In this document: piece after piece, positions 27,756-37,428 of the stretch
Layout: every line of letters begins with the position of its first letter
Position numbering within the stretch: position 1 is the first letter of the stretch
NCBI GenBank assembly: GCA_963695345.1
Contig: OY968769.1
Coordinates: 1,504,001-1,568,000, forward strand
DNA from: an uncultured Methanomassiliicoccales archaeon
Lineage (GTDB): Archaea; Thermoplasmatota; Thermoplasmata; Methanomassiliicoccales; UBA472
DNA length: 64,000 nucleotides
Reading direction: 5' to 3'
Notes under the pieces: model-generated
Seen by the model: only the letters and a program-made list of their open reading frames with translations
What the model was told of the DNA's origin: nothing
Databases searched by the model: none
Position numbers and translations under genes: made by a program

Positions 27756-28634
27756 TCACGCCCTCCAATTGCCAGCGGCGACCTCTTGGACCTTTCCCCC
27801 AACCATCACGACAATTTCATCATCCTGCATTTCCGCCTTCAAGTACAGGGTCGATGGTCTGCCGATCTGATAGCCCTGCCCTACCTTCGCCTCCATGCGA
27901 TGCGGGCCGGCATAACCGTTCTTCACCAGATAGGCGGCCAGACAACCATTGCCGCTACCGGTGGCCGGGTCCTCAGAGATCCCCTCGAGGATCGGGAAGA
28001 CCCTCACGCTGAGACTTTGGCCTGGTTCCTGCCCTTCCGGAGTGAAGGCCAGAGGGATAGAATTGGGTCCTCCCGCGACAAGGGAACGGAGCGAGCTCTC
28101 ACTCGTCTTTATCCGCTTCAGTGCATCTAGCGAACGAATCGGGATAATGATAAAAGGCAAACCCGTGGATACCTCTTCTGACGGCCATCGTTCGTCGATG
28201 TCCTTCTCTTCCAGTCCCAATACCTTTGCCGCATCCTTGGGCTTGAATTGTCGTCCGAACTCGGGAGCCCGTTGCCTCATCCATGCCATCCCCGTCCCCT
28301 TAGGGAATGTGACCGGGATCTGACCCACCTTCAGGTTAAGGACGACCTTTTCCACATTCCTTCTAATGAGCTTCTCTCGGATGATATGGGCTGTGCCCAG
28401 AGTAGGATGCCCGGCGAATGGGATCTCCTCGGCCGGAGTGAAGATGCGAACGTCGTAACCCCCGCGATCCTCTTTCTTCGATGTCACGAATGTCGTCTCG
28501 GAGAAATTTGTCTCCCTGGCTATCTTTTGCATCTGGTCGCCGTCCAGCCTTCCGAAATCGAAGAATGTCGCCAGTTGATTGCCTTCCAGAGGCCTCTCTG
28601 AGAAAACGTCGGTAATGTGGAATCGGATGTTCAT
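27756..28634 (-). CDS. PhzF family isomerase
   Basis: DVF...GN, FSETTF, RIFTP-x-x-EIPFAGHPTLG, EDPATGS. Confidence 0.93.
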   Translation of the reverse strand: MNIRFHITDVFSERPLEGNQLATFFDFGRLDGDQMQKIARETNFSETTFVTSKKEDRGGYDVRIFTPAEEIPFAGHPTLGTAHIIREKLIRRNVEKVVLNLKVGQIPVTFPKGTGMAWMRQRAPEFGRQFKPKDAAKVLGLEEKDIDERWPSEEVSTGLPFIIIPIRSLDALKRIKTSESSLRSLVAGGPNSIPLAFTPEGQEPGQSLSVRVFPILEGISEDPATGSGNGCLAAYLVKNGYAGPHRMEAKVGQGYQIGRPSTLYLKAEMQDDEIVVMVGGKVQEVAAGNWRA

Positions 28635-28909
28635 TGATTGACCTGGCCTTAATTGTATATTCTTGATGATATATTGTGAGTTCGGTGACCGAGGTTTGAG
28701 GCGTCACACCACCGTTCCTGCATGTTTTTTTAGGCGGCTACTATCAAAGCGCTGTTGACACAGAATGTCGAATGAAGTGAGCTGCTTGGACATTTGTGAC
28801 CCTGAAACTATTGATATATTTATTACAGTCAGATTCGAATTATTTACGATATTTCATAGTGGATGATGTTATATATTATAGCCTGCATCGAATCTTTAAG
28901 GTGAATCGA

Positions 28910-30206
28910 ATGACAATGTACTGTAACCAATGCCAGCAGACCGCCAAGGGTGTGGCCTGCACGGTCAAAGGGGTATGCGGGAAGGACGAGGACATGGAGA
29001 GCCTCCAGGAGCTGCTTATCTATGGATTGAAGGGGATAGCAGCCTATGCCTACCACTGCCGGATCCTCGGATACAAGGACGAGGAGGTCGACGCCTTCAT
29101 GCACGAAGCCCTCTTCAAGACCCTCACCAATGTCGATTTCTCGCTTGAGGACATGTGGAACACGGTGCTCAAGGCGGGTATGATGAACTTCAGGATCATG
29201 CAGTTGCTGGACAAGGCGAACACAGACCATTTCGGCCTCCCCACACCAGTGACCGTCAAGCACCGGAACCGTGAAAGGCCCGGGTATCCTGGTCACCGGA
29301 CACGACCTTCTCGACCTGGAAGAGCTCCTTGAACAGACCCAGGGTACGGGAGTGAACGTCTACACCCACGGCGAGATGCTGCCGGCGCACGGGTATCCAG
29401 CTCTCCGCAAATACACGAACCTGATCGGCAACTATGGATCGGCCTGGCAGAAACAGAAGACGGAATTCGCCGAGTTCGGCGGCCCCATACTGACCACCAC
29501 CAACTGCGTCCTGATCCCTCCAGAGTCGTACAAGGACCGGCTCTACACGACCGGGATCACCGCGGTGGAGGGAGTGAAGCACATCGCCGACCGGAAGGAT
29601 TTCTCTCAGATCATCGAGCACGCCAAGAGGATCGGGGACCTTCCAGAACGCCCGGGAACGACCCTCTCGACCGGATTCCACCACAAGGCGGTGCTAGGAC
29701 TGGCCCCACAGATCGTGGACGCGGTAAAGGCAGGTAAGATCAAGCACTTCTTCCTGATCGGTGGATGCGACGGAGCGACCCCGGGCAGGAACTACTACTC
29801 GGAGATGGCGGACAAGGTGCCACAGGACAGCGTCATCATGACGCTCGCCTGCGGCAAGTACCGTTTCAACGACCGGAAGTTCGGTGCGATCGACGGCATC
29901 CCCCGTTACCTGGATATCGGGCAGTGCAACGACACCTACTCGGCGGTGGTGTTGGCCGTCGAACTGTCGAAGGCGTTCAACGTGTCCGTGAACGAGCTGC
30001 CGCTGAGCATCGTCCTCTCATGGTTCGAGCAGAAGGCGGTGGCCATCGTCCTGACCTTGCTGGCACTGGGCATCAAGAACGTGCGGGTCGGTCCGACCCT
30101 GCCGGCCTTCGTCTCCCCCAACAACTGGAAGATGATCCAGGAGAAGTATGGGTGGAAGGCGATCGGGGATGTCGACGAGGACCTGAAGGACATGTTGTCC
30201 GGGTGA
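28910..30206 (+). pseudogene. hcp: Hybrid cluster protein (short class III form) with a +1 frameshift at about 29258 (possibly a sequencing error)
   Basis: CxxCx8Cx5C N-terminus, GHDL, THGEMLPAH, TTNC, GGCDG, CGKYRF, GQCND, SWFEQKA; deleting one A at 29258-59 yields a 431-aa intact ORF. Confidence 0.85.
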
Positions 30207-30327
30207 ACGTCCATCCGTAACCACAGGGCGGCTCCTCCCGCCGCCACCAAAACCCCTTAACTATTCTTATCAAATTTGGCAACTTGGGTTCGTGGTTTTT
30301 TATATCCTGGAGCATTGAATACAATGG

Positions 30328-32022
30328 ATGGTCGACATACTGCCCCTGGCAATGCTCGTTCTTGGTCTGACCATCATCGATGCCACATTGGCCTGTGCCG
30401 CCTTCATGAGGAGCCGGAGGCACTACCGGTATTCCTTCGTAGCCCTAATGGCCATGGAGATCGTCATGGCCTGGGGATATCTTCTGGACGTCAACGCTTC
30501 CGATATTTCAGAGAAGCTGTTCTGGAACAATCTGGAGTACATCGGGTTCCTTGGAGCTGTCCCAGTCTCGCTCATATTCTCGCTTCGCTTCATCGGGAGC
30601 AGATGGATGACACCGAAGAGGACCATGGTGCTCTTGATCGTCCCCCTCGCATTCTTGATCTCATTGGTCACGAACCAGTTCCACCATTTGTGGTACGTCG
30701 ATGTCACGATCTCAAACAACCATTTCATATCGTTCTCGGCCCACTACGGCCCCATCTTCTTTGCCTATGTGGCATTCACCCTGGCGGTGGTCAGCGCGGC
30801 GGTCGTCATACTAATGCGTCGCTACTGCCACACGGTAGGGCAGCACCGAAAACATGTGGGGACTGTGATGCTGGCGACCATGATCCCCCTGGCGGCCACC
30901 ATCCTCAACTTCGTAGAGGTCACGCACATACCCGGTCCATTCCTGGTTCTGGCCGGTCTTTTCGTCAGTGGGATCCTCCTATATGTTGGCGCGTTCGGGT
31001 TCGAGATGTTCGAGATCGTGCCCTTCGCCTTCGACAAGGTTGTGGGGACCATCAATGACAGCGTGTTCGTGCTCGATGAGGGCGATGCGATTCTGTTCAT
31101 GAACAACAGCGCCGTTGCACTGATCGGGAAAAGGAACGAGGAAGCGTTTCACTGTAGAATAGGCGACGTCCTCCCGGGAGGGGAACCCATCTCGACGGCT
31201 ATCACCAAAGGCGAATCGGACTGCTGTTTCGAAATGGTTCCAGGACAATTCTATCATGCCTCAGTTACCGAGATCAAGGATCCGGGACAGAGGGCGGTGG
31301 GCAAGCTTGTAGTCCTTCATGATATTACCAAGGAAAAAAGGGCCAGCGATCTGGTAAAAGAGGCAGAGGACAAGACCGATCTGCTAAACTCCATCACCAG
31401 ACACGATATCAATAACCAGCTGCTGGTAATCGAAGGCAACGCAGAACTGTTGCGCCTCAGATCGAGTGACGAGTCAATCAAGAAGAACCTTGCCTTGATC
31501 GTTTCCGCCTCCAAGAACATCTCCCAACAGTTGGCCTTCCTCAGGGACTACCAGGCCATCGGCGTCAAGGACCCCTCATGGCAGAACATAGGATCAATGG
31601 CCCTGCAGGTGCCTCTTCCGCTTTCCGAGCGGGGAGTGGTAATGGAAACCGATGTCCGGAACGCTGAGATACTGGCAGATCCTCAGTTGGAAAAGGTGTT
31701 TTACAACCTGGTGGACAACTCCCTGACCCACGGCGAGGGCGTTACCCATATCAAGATATCGCTAAAAGAAATGACCGATTTCGCAGAACTGGTCTATCAG
31801 GATGACGGTCCAGGCATCTCTCCAGATGCCAGAAAGCATCTATTCGAGATGAGCGAGGACGGAGAACATGGGGCCGGGCTATTCCTTTCCAAGAAGATCC
31901 TGGCCATTACTGGCATGACCATAACCGAGGAAGGCGAACCCGGCAAGGGCGTGAGGTTTGTGATCCGGGTCAGCCGGAACAAGGTGCGATTTGTGCAGCA
32001 TGGGGCCAGCGTCGTTCATTGA
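30328..32022 (+). CDS. Sensor histidine kinase with N-terminal 7TM domain and PAS-like domain
   Basis: TN-x-x-HHLW 7TM motif, RHDINNQL H-box, NLVDNS N-box, DDGPGI, GAGLFL. Confidence 0.9.
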   Translation: MVDILPLAMLVLGLTIIDATLACAAFMRSRRHYRYSFVALMAMEIVMAWGYLLDVNASDISEKLFWNNLEYIGFLGAVPVSLIFSLRFIGSRWMTPKRTMVLLIVPLAFLISLVTNQFHHLWYVDVTISNNHFISFSAHYGPIFFAYVAFTLAVVSAAVVILMRRYCHTVGQHRKHVGTVMLATMIPLAATILNFVEVTHIPGPFLVLAGLFVSGILLYVGAFGFEMFEIVPFAFDKVVGTINDSVFVLDEGDAILFMNNSAVALIGKRNEEAFHCRIGDVLPGGEPISTAITKGESDCCFEMVPGQFYHASVTEIKDPGQRAVGKLVVLHDITKEKRASDLVKEAEDKTDLLNSITRHDINNQLLVIEGNAELLRLRSSDESIKKNLALIVSASKNISQQLAFLRDYQAIGVKDPSWQNIGSMALQVPLPLSERGVVMETDVRNAEILADPQLEKVFYNLVDNSLTHGEGVTHIKISLKEMTDFAELVYQDDGPGISPDARKHLFEMSEDGEHGAGLFLSKKILAITGMTITEEGEPGKGVRFVIRVSRNKVRFVQHGASVVH

Positions 32023-32513
32023 CCCGTCTTATTTCGGCGTTGCAGGAACCTGCTGAAGTCCTCCTCTTTGAGCCGGACCACCCGCCACTCCTGCAATATC
32101 CGGGCCCCGGTGCTCTCATAGAAGCTGATGGCATCAGAGTTCCAATCCAGGACGTTCCACTCCATCCTGCCGCATCCTCTTCTTTCCGCCTCGGCCACGC
32201 AGAACTCGAGCAGTGCGCTGCCTACTCCGTGCCTGCGATAACTGTCGATGACAAATATGTCCTCCAGGAACAGCGTAGGTCTTGCCAGGAATGTGGAATA
32301 GGTGAAATAGTAGCAGGCATAGCCTGCCGGAACCCCCTCCATCATGGCGATATGGGCCACCAGATAAGGGTGTTCAGAGCCAATGTCCTGTTTCAATCTG
32401 GAGATCGCTTCATCTGTAGGAGGCTCCAGGTGCTCATATCTAGCCAGTTCCTTGATCAGGTCCGCGAGCGTGTCGGCATTCTGTGCATCCACTCTTACAA
32501 TAGAGATTTCCAT
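32016..32513 (-). CDS. GNAT acetyltransferase (diamine/SSAT-like)
   Basis: ELARYE, YSTF...LFLEDIFV, YRRHGVG, MEWNVLDWN-x-x-AI-x-FY. Confidence 0.9.
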   Translation of the reverse strand: MEISIVRVDAQNADTLADLIKELARYEHLEPPTDEAISRLKQDIGSEHPYLVAHIAMMEGVPAGYACYYFTYSTFLARPTLFLEDIFVIDSYRRHGVGSALLEFCVAEAERRGCGRMEWNVLDWNSDAISFYESTGARILQEWRVVRLKEEDFSRFLQRRNKTGQ

Positions 32514-32607
32514 TCTGAAGCCCCGGTCTTGGTGACCGAATCAAATCGAAATATTAAAAACAGGAAGTAACAAGGCATGCTCACGATGGGCAGGCCTTGA
32601 TAAGATG

Positions 32608-32645
32608 TTTCCTGAATCAACAGACTATTCTGATTAATCAGAATA
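32608..32645. promoter_or_regulatory. Candidate operator of the hgc operon: perfect 20-bp palindrome plus degenerate adjacent copy
   Basis: TATTCTGATTAATCAGAATA at 32626-32645; TTTCCTGAATCAACAGACTA at 32608-32627 (14/20 identical). Confidence 0.65.
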
Positions 32646-32681
32646 AACAAATACTTGGATCCCTTCTGATGTTCGACGAAC

Positions 32682-32945
32682 ATGAAAGCGAGACCAGGTT
32701 CCTGCAAGCCAGATTCAGCATGTGAGGAATACCACGTGGAGTCCATCGTCAGTATCGATGAAAGAGGTCAGATGGTCCTGCCCAAGGACATCAGGGAAAA
32801 GGCCGGGATCAAGGCAGGGGACAAGCTGGCACTGGTCACTCTGGAGAAGAACGGCAAGATCTGCTGTATCCATATCATGAAGGCGAACGAACTGGCCGCA
32901 AAGGCCAAAGAAGTGGCTACCGAAAACACCGCGCATCTGAGATGA
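32682..32945 (+). CDS. hgcC: AbrB/MazE/SpoVT-family DNA-binding protein, HgcAB-associated (HgcC-like)
   Basis: SIDERGQMVLPKDIREKAGIKAGDKL AbrB signature, Cys residues including a CC pair; 4 nt upstream of hgcA. Confidence 0.75.
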   Translation: MKARPGSCKPDSACEEYHVESIVSIDERGQMVLPKDIREKAGIKAGDKLALVTLEKNGKICCIHIMKANELAAKAKEVATENTAHLR

Positions 32946-32949
32946 TCAA

Positions 32950-33930
32950 ATGACCGATATCATGCTCACGGACTACAGCTTGAACAAGAAGGACAAGAGA
33001 GACCATTTGGCTGCGAGGTTGGGCTATCGTCGTTCCTCCCATTTGGTAAAGCCAGGACTATACGCCATTGGCAGTCCGGGTCCTGGATCCCCGGTGTTCG
33101 TCACCGCCAATTACACCCTCAGCTTCGATGCCCTCCGAACGTCGATCAGAGGCATCGATGGCTATATCCTGGTACTGGACACCAAAGGGATCAACGTCTG
33201 GTGTGCGGCCGGAAAAGGCACTTTCGGCACTGCCGAGGTCATCAGACGGGTCCAGGAAACGGAACTGGAAAAGGTGGTCACCCACCGGAGGCTGATCTTG
33301 CCCCAGTTGGGCGCCCCCGGCGTTTCAGCGCATGAGGTGCAGAAGCAGACGGGCTTCAAGGTGGACTATGGGCCAGTGCGCGCCTCAGACCTTCCCCGTT
33401 ATCTGGAAAAAGGACCGGACGCGGAGATGCGCAAGGTGAAGTTCCCATTGAAGGACCGGATCGTCCTTATCCCGGTGGAGATAGTTCATTCGATGATCAT
33501 CATGGCGGTCGCCGCTCTGGTGCTGTACTTGATGGGGGGGCTGATACCTGCCTTAATGGCCATAACCGTGGTACTATCCGGAACGGTCCTTTTCCCGATA
33601 CTCCTTCCTTTGATACCGACCAGGGACTTCAGTTCGAAGGGGATAGTGCTGGGAGTGTTGGTGTCGCTGCCGTTCATCGCCAACACGATCCTGAACCGAG
33701 GTTCGGACCCTTATTGGATCACCGCCCTGTTCGTGGCGGCCGATGCGTTGCTGATATCGCCTGGGGTCGGCTACCTGGCGCTGAACTTCACCGGTTCATC
33801 GACCTTCGCGTCGCGGACCGGGGTCAAGCGGGAGATATTCCGCTACATACCGATAATGGTGGCAATGTTCATTATCGGAGGAGCACTATTCGCTGTTGCT
33901 GCCTTATCGTCCTTTGCGGGGTGGAATTGA
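32950..33930 (+). CDS. hgcA: Mercury methylation corrinoid protein HgcA
   Basis: Cap-helix motif GINVWCAAGKGTFG, VTANY, ILPQLGAPGV, C-terminal TM domain. Confidence 0.96.
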   Translation: MTDIMLTDYSLNKKDKRDHLAARLGYRRSSHLVKPGLYAIGSPGPGSPVFVTANYTLSFDALRTSIRGIDGYILVLDTKGINVWCAAGKGTFGTAEVIRRVQETELEKVVTHRRLILPQLGAPGVSAHEVQKQTGFKVDYGPVRASDLPRYLEKGPDAEMRKVKFPLKDRIVLIPVEIVHSMIIMAVAALVLYLMGGLIPALMAITVVLSGTVLFPILLPLIPTRDFSSKGIVLGVLVSLPFIANTILNRGSDPYWITALFVAADALLISPGVGYLALNFTGSSTFASRTGVKREIFRYIPIMVAMFIIGGALFAVAALSSFAGWN

Positions 33931-34247
33931 TGGAAGGAAACCTGTTGGTCCAAACCAATAACCAGATAGATGTGAGGAAGGCCCGTAACACGTTGATGCT
34001 CATGCCCCATCGCTGTTCCGGATGCGGAAGGTGCGTCGAGGTCTGCCCGCACGGAGTCTTCGAGATCCAGAACCGGAAGGCCAAAATGGTCAATGCCGAT
34101 GACTGCATGGAGTGTGGTGCCTGCCAGGTCAACTGCGCAAGCGGGGCCATTAAGGTTGAGAGCGGTGTTGGCTGCGCCAAGGCGATGATACAGGCGGCTC
34201 TCACCGGAAAGGAGGTCTCGTGCGGCGGACCCGGTGGCTGTTGCTGA
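33930..34247 (+). CDS. hgcB: Mercury methylation ferredoxin HgcB
   Basis: Two CxxCxxCxxxC motifs including CMECGAC, GVGCA, C-terminal CC; TGATG overlap with hgcA. Confidence 0.95.
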   Translation: MEGNLLVQTNNQIDVRKARNTLMLMPHRCSGCGRCVEVCPHGVFEIQNRKAKMVNADDCMECGACQVNCASGAIKVESGVGCAKAMIQAALTGKEVSCGGPGGCC

Positions 34248-34343
34248 GGTCTACCTATCTCGTTTTCGTATCGACACTAGTTACACGTCGACCCGGTGGG
34301 ACAGCGAAAGGATTATGCCATTTGGCTTCGTGCCGGTATGTGC

Positions 34344-35633
34344 ATGGATGAAGTCAGGAGAGCGGCAGAGAGGGCCAATCTGGCATCGCTTCGGCTGCAA
34401 AGCATGTCGACTCAGGTGCGGAATTCGGCCCTGGAAGAAGTGGCGGAAGCCCTCAAACGCAACGAGACGGCCATCGTGGACGCCAATCGCACCGACCTGC
34501 GGAACGCAGAGAAGTCCAATCTTCCCATGCCATTGCTGAAGCGTCTCAATTATGATCATCACAAGATCGAGGAATCCATAGCTCAGATAAGATCATTGAT
34601 CCGGCAGGAAGACCCGATCGGAAGGTCCATCTCAAAGATGGAGCTTGACGACGGTCTGATGCTGGACAAGGTCACAACTCCGATCGGTGTTGTCGCGGTG
34701 ATATTCGAATCACGGCCAGATGCACTGGTGCAGATATCGACCCTGTGCCTGAAATCCGGCAACGCGGTCATCCTGAAGGGCGGCTCCGAGGCCAAGGAGA
34801 CCAACTCCGCGCTGGCCAAAGCCATCGAGGAGGGGATAATGCGCGCGGACCAAGGGTTCTTGGACGCGGTCCAGCTCCTGTCGACCAGGGAAGAGGTCAA
34901 GGAGCTTCTGGACCAGGACGACCTGGTGGACCTGATCATCCCGCGCGGATCGAACCAACTGGTCCGTTCTATCCAGGATTCCACCAGGATCCCGGTGCTG
35001 GGACATGCCGCCGGTGTCTGCCATACCTATGTGGACGAGGACGCGGACGTGGACATGGCGGTCAAGGTCGCTTTCGACGCAAAATGCCAGTATCCGGCCG
35101 TCTGCAACGCCATGGAGACCATGCTGGTCCATGAGAAGATAGCCTCTAGGTTCCTACCGATGATGGCCAAGAAGTACTCGGAGGCCAACGTCGAGATCAG
35201 GGGCGACGACAAGACCCGTCAGATTATCGATGCGAACAAAGCCACCGAGGAGGACTGGAATTCGGAGTATAACGATCTCATCCTCTCGGTCAAGGTAGTC
35301 AGATCGATGGATGAGGCGGTCGAGCACATCAACAGATATGGATCGCACCACACCGACGCGATCATAACCCAGGACGAGGTGAAGGCCCAGCGGTTCATGG
35401 ACTCTGTAGATTCAGCCTCAGTCCTCTGGAACTGCTCCACCCGATTCGCGGATGGCTTCCGCTATGGGCTAGGCGCGGAGGTGGGGATAAGCACCAACAA
35501 GACCCATGCCCGCGGACCGGTCGGGCTGGAGGGGCTGGTCATATACAAGTATCGATTATCCGGGAAAGGACATGTCGTTGCCGACTACGCCGGTGACGAT
35601 GCAAAACAGTTCACGCACAGGAAGATCAAATGA
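34344..35633 (+). CDS. proA: Gamma-glutamyl phosphate reductase
   Basis: PIGVVAVIFESRP, LKGGSEA, IIPRG, VCNAMET, HINRYGSHHTDAI, EVGIST-x-K-x-HARGP. Confidence 0.96.
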   Translation: MDEVRRAAERANLASLRLQSMSTQVRNSALEEVAEALKRNETAIVDANRTDLRNAEKSNLPMPLLKRLNYDHHKIEESIAQIRSLIRQEDPIGRSISKMELDDGLMLDKVTTPIGVVAVIFESRPDALVQISTLCLKSGNAVILKGGSEAKETNSALAKAIEEGIMRADQGFLDAVQLLSTREEVKELLDQDDLVDLIIPRGSNQLVRSIQDSTRIPVLGHAAGVCHTYVDEDADVDMAVKVAFDAKCQYPAVCNAMETMLVHEKIASRFLPMMAKKYSEANVEIRGDDKTRQIIDANKATEEDWNSEYNDLILSVKVVRSMDEAVEHINRYGSHHTDAIITQDEVKAQRFMDSVDSASVLWNCSTRFADGFRYGLGAEVGISTNKTHARGPVGLEGLVIYKYRLSGKGHVVADYAGDDAKQFTHRKIK

Positions 35634-36727
35634 GGACCTTGGAAGCGAAGCGAGTCGTCATCAAGATCGGCACCAATACCATCTGCAAGACCGACGGCAC
35701 GGTGGACATCTCATACCTTGAGGATGTTGCCAGGCAGGTAGTGCTTCTGGAAAAGAAAGGTGTCCAATGCATCATCGTGACATCGGGTGCCATCGGCTCT
35801 GGGGCGGCCGAGCTCGGGCTCGAGGACGCACGCAAGGACGTGGCCCGAAAGCAGGCCTGCGCGGCCGTAGGCCAGGCCATCCTCATGATGACCTGGAGGG
35901 ACGCCTTCAAGAAGTATGGCAAGAGCGTGGGCCAGGTCCTCCTGACCTACGGGGCGTTCTCCGACCGCAAGCGCTACCTCAACCTGAGGGCATCGATAGA
36001 CGAGCTGTTCCGTCTTGGGGCCATCCCGGTGGTCAACGAGAACGATGTCATCTCCACCGACGAGATCGAGGAGATATTCGGCGACAACGACAAACTTTCG
36101 GCACTGGTGGCGAGCAAGATCGACGCTGACCTGCTGATCCTGCTCACTGACGTCGACGGTCTCTACGACCGGAATCCGGACGCTGACCCGGACGCCAAGC
36201 TGATCCACACGGTGGACGAGATCACCAAGGACATCGAGCGCATGGCCGGATCCCACCGCAACGAACGCAGCGTGGGGGGCATGAAGACCAAGATCAACGC
36301 GGCCAAGATATCCATGGAATCCGGCTGCAACATGGTCATCGCCAACGGACGGGCGAAGAACATCATCGTGCGGGTGGTCGAGGGCGAGGATGTCGGCACG
36401 TTGTTCTCCTCCAAGGCGAAGTACAGCAACAAGGAACGCTGGATCCTGTTCGCCTGCCCCCGGGGCAAGATCAATGTCGATGCCGGCGCGCAGAAGGCGC
36501 TCCGTGATGGGGCCAGCCTGCTGCCCTGTGGCATCACGTCAGTGGAGGGTGAGTTCAGGGACGGCGATGTCGTACGGATTGGCGATTTTGCCAAGGGGAC
36601 GGCGAACTATGCGTCCGAAGCTATGTCCGAGCTGATCCAGCAGTGCAAGGCGGAGGACGGTGCCCGCCACAAGGTCGGCAACAGCAAGGTGGCAGTCGAC
36701 AGCCGTAACATCGTGGTATTCGACTGA
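35630..36727 (+). CDS. proB: Glutamate 5-kinase with PUA domain
   Basis: VIKIGT, VTSGAI, NEND, FGDND-x-LSA, GGMKTK. Confidence 0.96.
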   Translation: MRTLEAKRVVIKIGTNTICKTDGTVDISYLEDVARQVVLLEKKGVQCIIVTSGAIGSGAAELGLEDARKDVARKQACAAVGQAILMMTWRDAFKKYGKSVGQVLLTYGAFSDRKRYLNLRASIDELFRLGAIPVVNENDVISTDEIEEIFGDNDKLSALVASKIDADLLILLTDVDGLYDRNPDADPDAKLIHTVDEITKDIERMAGSHRNERSVGGMKTKINAAKISMESGCNMVIANGRAKNIIVRVVEGEDVGTLFSSKAKYSNKERWILFACPRGKINVDAGAQKALRDGASLLPCGITSVEGEFRDGDVVRIGDFAKGTANYASEAMSELIQQCKAEDGARHKVGNSKVAVDSRNIVVFD

Positions 36728-36763
36728 GGGTGCAATTCCAGATATCATGATTGGATAGGCAAG

Positions 36764-37069
36764 GTGGATTGGATGGACTTGAGCACATACTTCCTGATCG
36801 CGTTGGCGGTGTTCGTCACGATCAATATCCTGTCCTTCGGCGTCTACCGGAACGACAAGATGAAGGCGAGGCGCAACCAGTGGAGGACCTCGGAGGCGGC
36901 GTTGCTGGTTTGGGCTCTGTTCGGTCCTTACGGGGCCTATCTGGCGATGAAGCGTTACCGCCACAAGACCAGGCAGGCCAAGTTCCTTCTGGTCCCGATA
37001 TTCCTGATAGTGGAGACCGGGGCCATCACGTTCTTGGCCCTTCGCTATTTCTCCATACCCTTCCTCTGA
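36764..37069 (+). CDS. DUF1294 family membrane protein
   Basis: DK-x-x-A-x-x-x-x-WR-x-SE-x-x-L and RHKT motifs. Confidence 0.85.
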   Translation: MDWMDLSTYFLIALAVFVTINILSFGVYRNDKMKARRNQWRTSEAALLVWALFGPYGAYLAMKRYRHKTRQAKFLLVPIFLIVETGAITFLALRYFSIPFL

Positions 37070-37073
37070 AAGG

Positions 37074-37382
37074 TCATTTCGTGTCGAACCCTTCCACGGC
37101 GGCAGGCAGGCTTTCCAGTACCGCGGCCAATCCCGACAGGTGAAGGTTCATTGCCACCGCACCGAGCACCTCTTTCCGGGTCGCCCCGGCATTCTTGGCC
37201 ATCATTGCGTGGAACATGACGCCCCGGGGATTGCGATTGGCCGTCTGAATGGCTATGTTGATCAATTGTTTCGTTTTCTGGTCGAGCCCCTCCAGCTGCC
37301 TTTGGGCGTCAACGAGCTGGTCGAATCTCTGGGCCAGGTCCGGGAATTCTTCCTTGAAAAGTTGCATCGGGTTCTTGTCCAT
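37074..37382 (-). CDS. Carboxymuconolactone decarboxylase (CMD/AhpD-like) family protein
   Basis: LDQKTKQLINIA, H-x-x-x-A-x-x-AGAT-x-x-EV; no CxxC. Confidence 0.8.
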   Translation of the reverse strand: MDKNPMQLFKEEFPDLAQRFDQLVDAQRQLEGLDQKTKQLINIAIQTANRNPRGVMFHAMMAKNAGATRKEVLGAVAMNLHLSGLAAVLESLPAAVEGFDTK

Positions 37383-37428
37383 GGTCGGCGAACGTTGTTC
37401 AGGCGGATAACATCATTGATTGTGCCTT

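Noticed and set aside
32950-33930. Acetyl-CoA synthase corrinoid subunit CdhE/AcsC
   Set aside because: Has the HgcA-specific NVWCAAGK Cys, a TM tail and an adjacent hgcB
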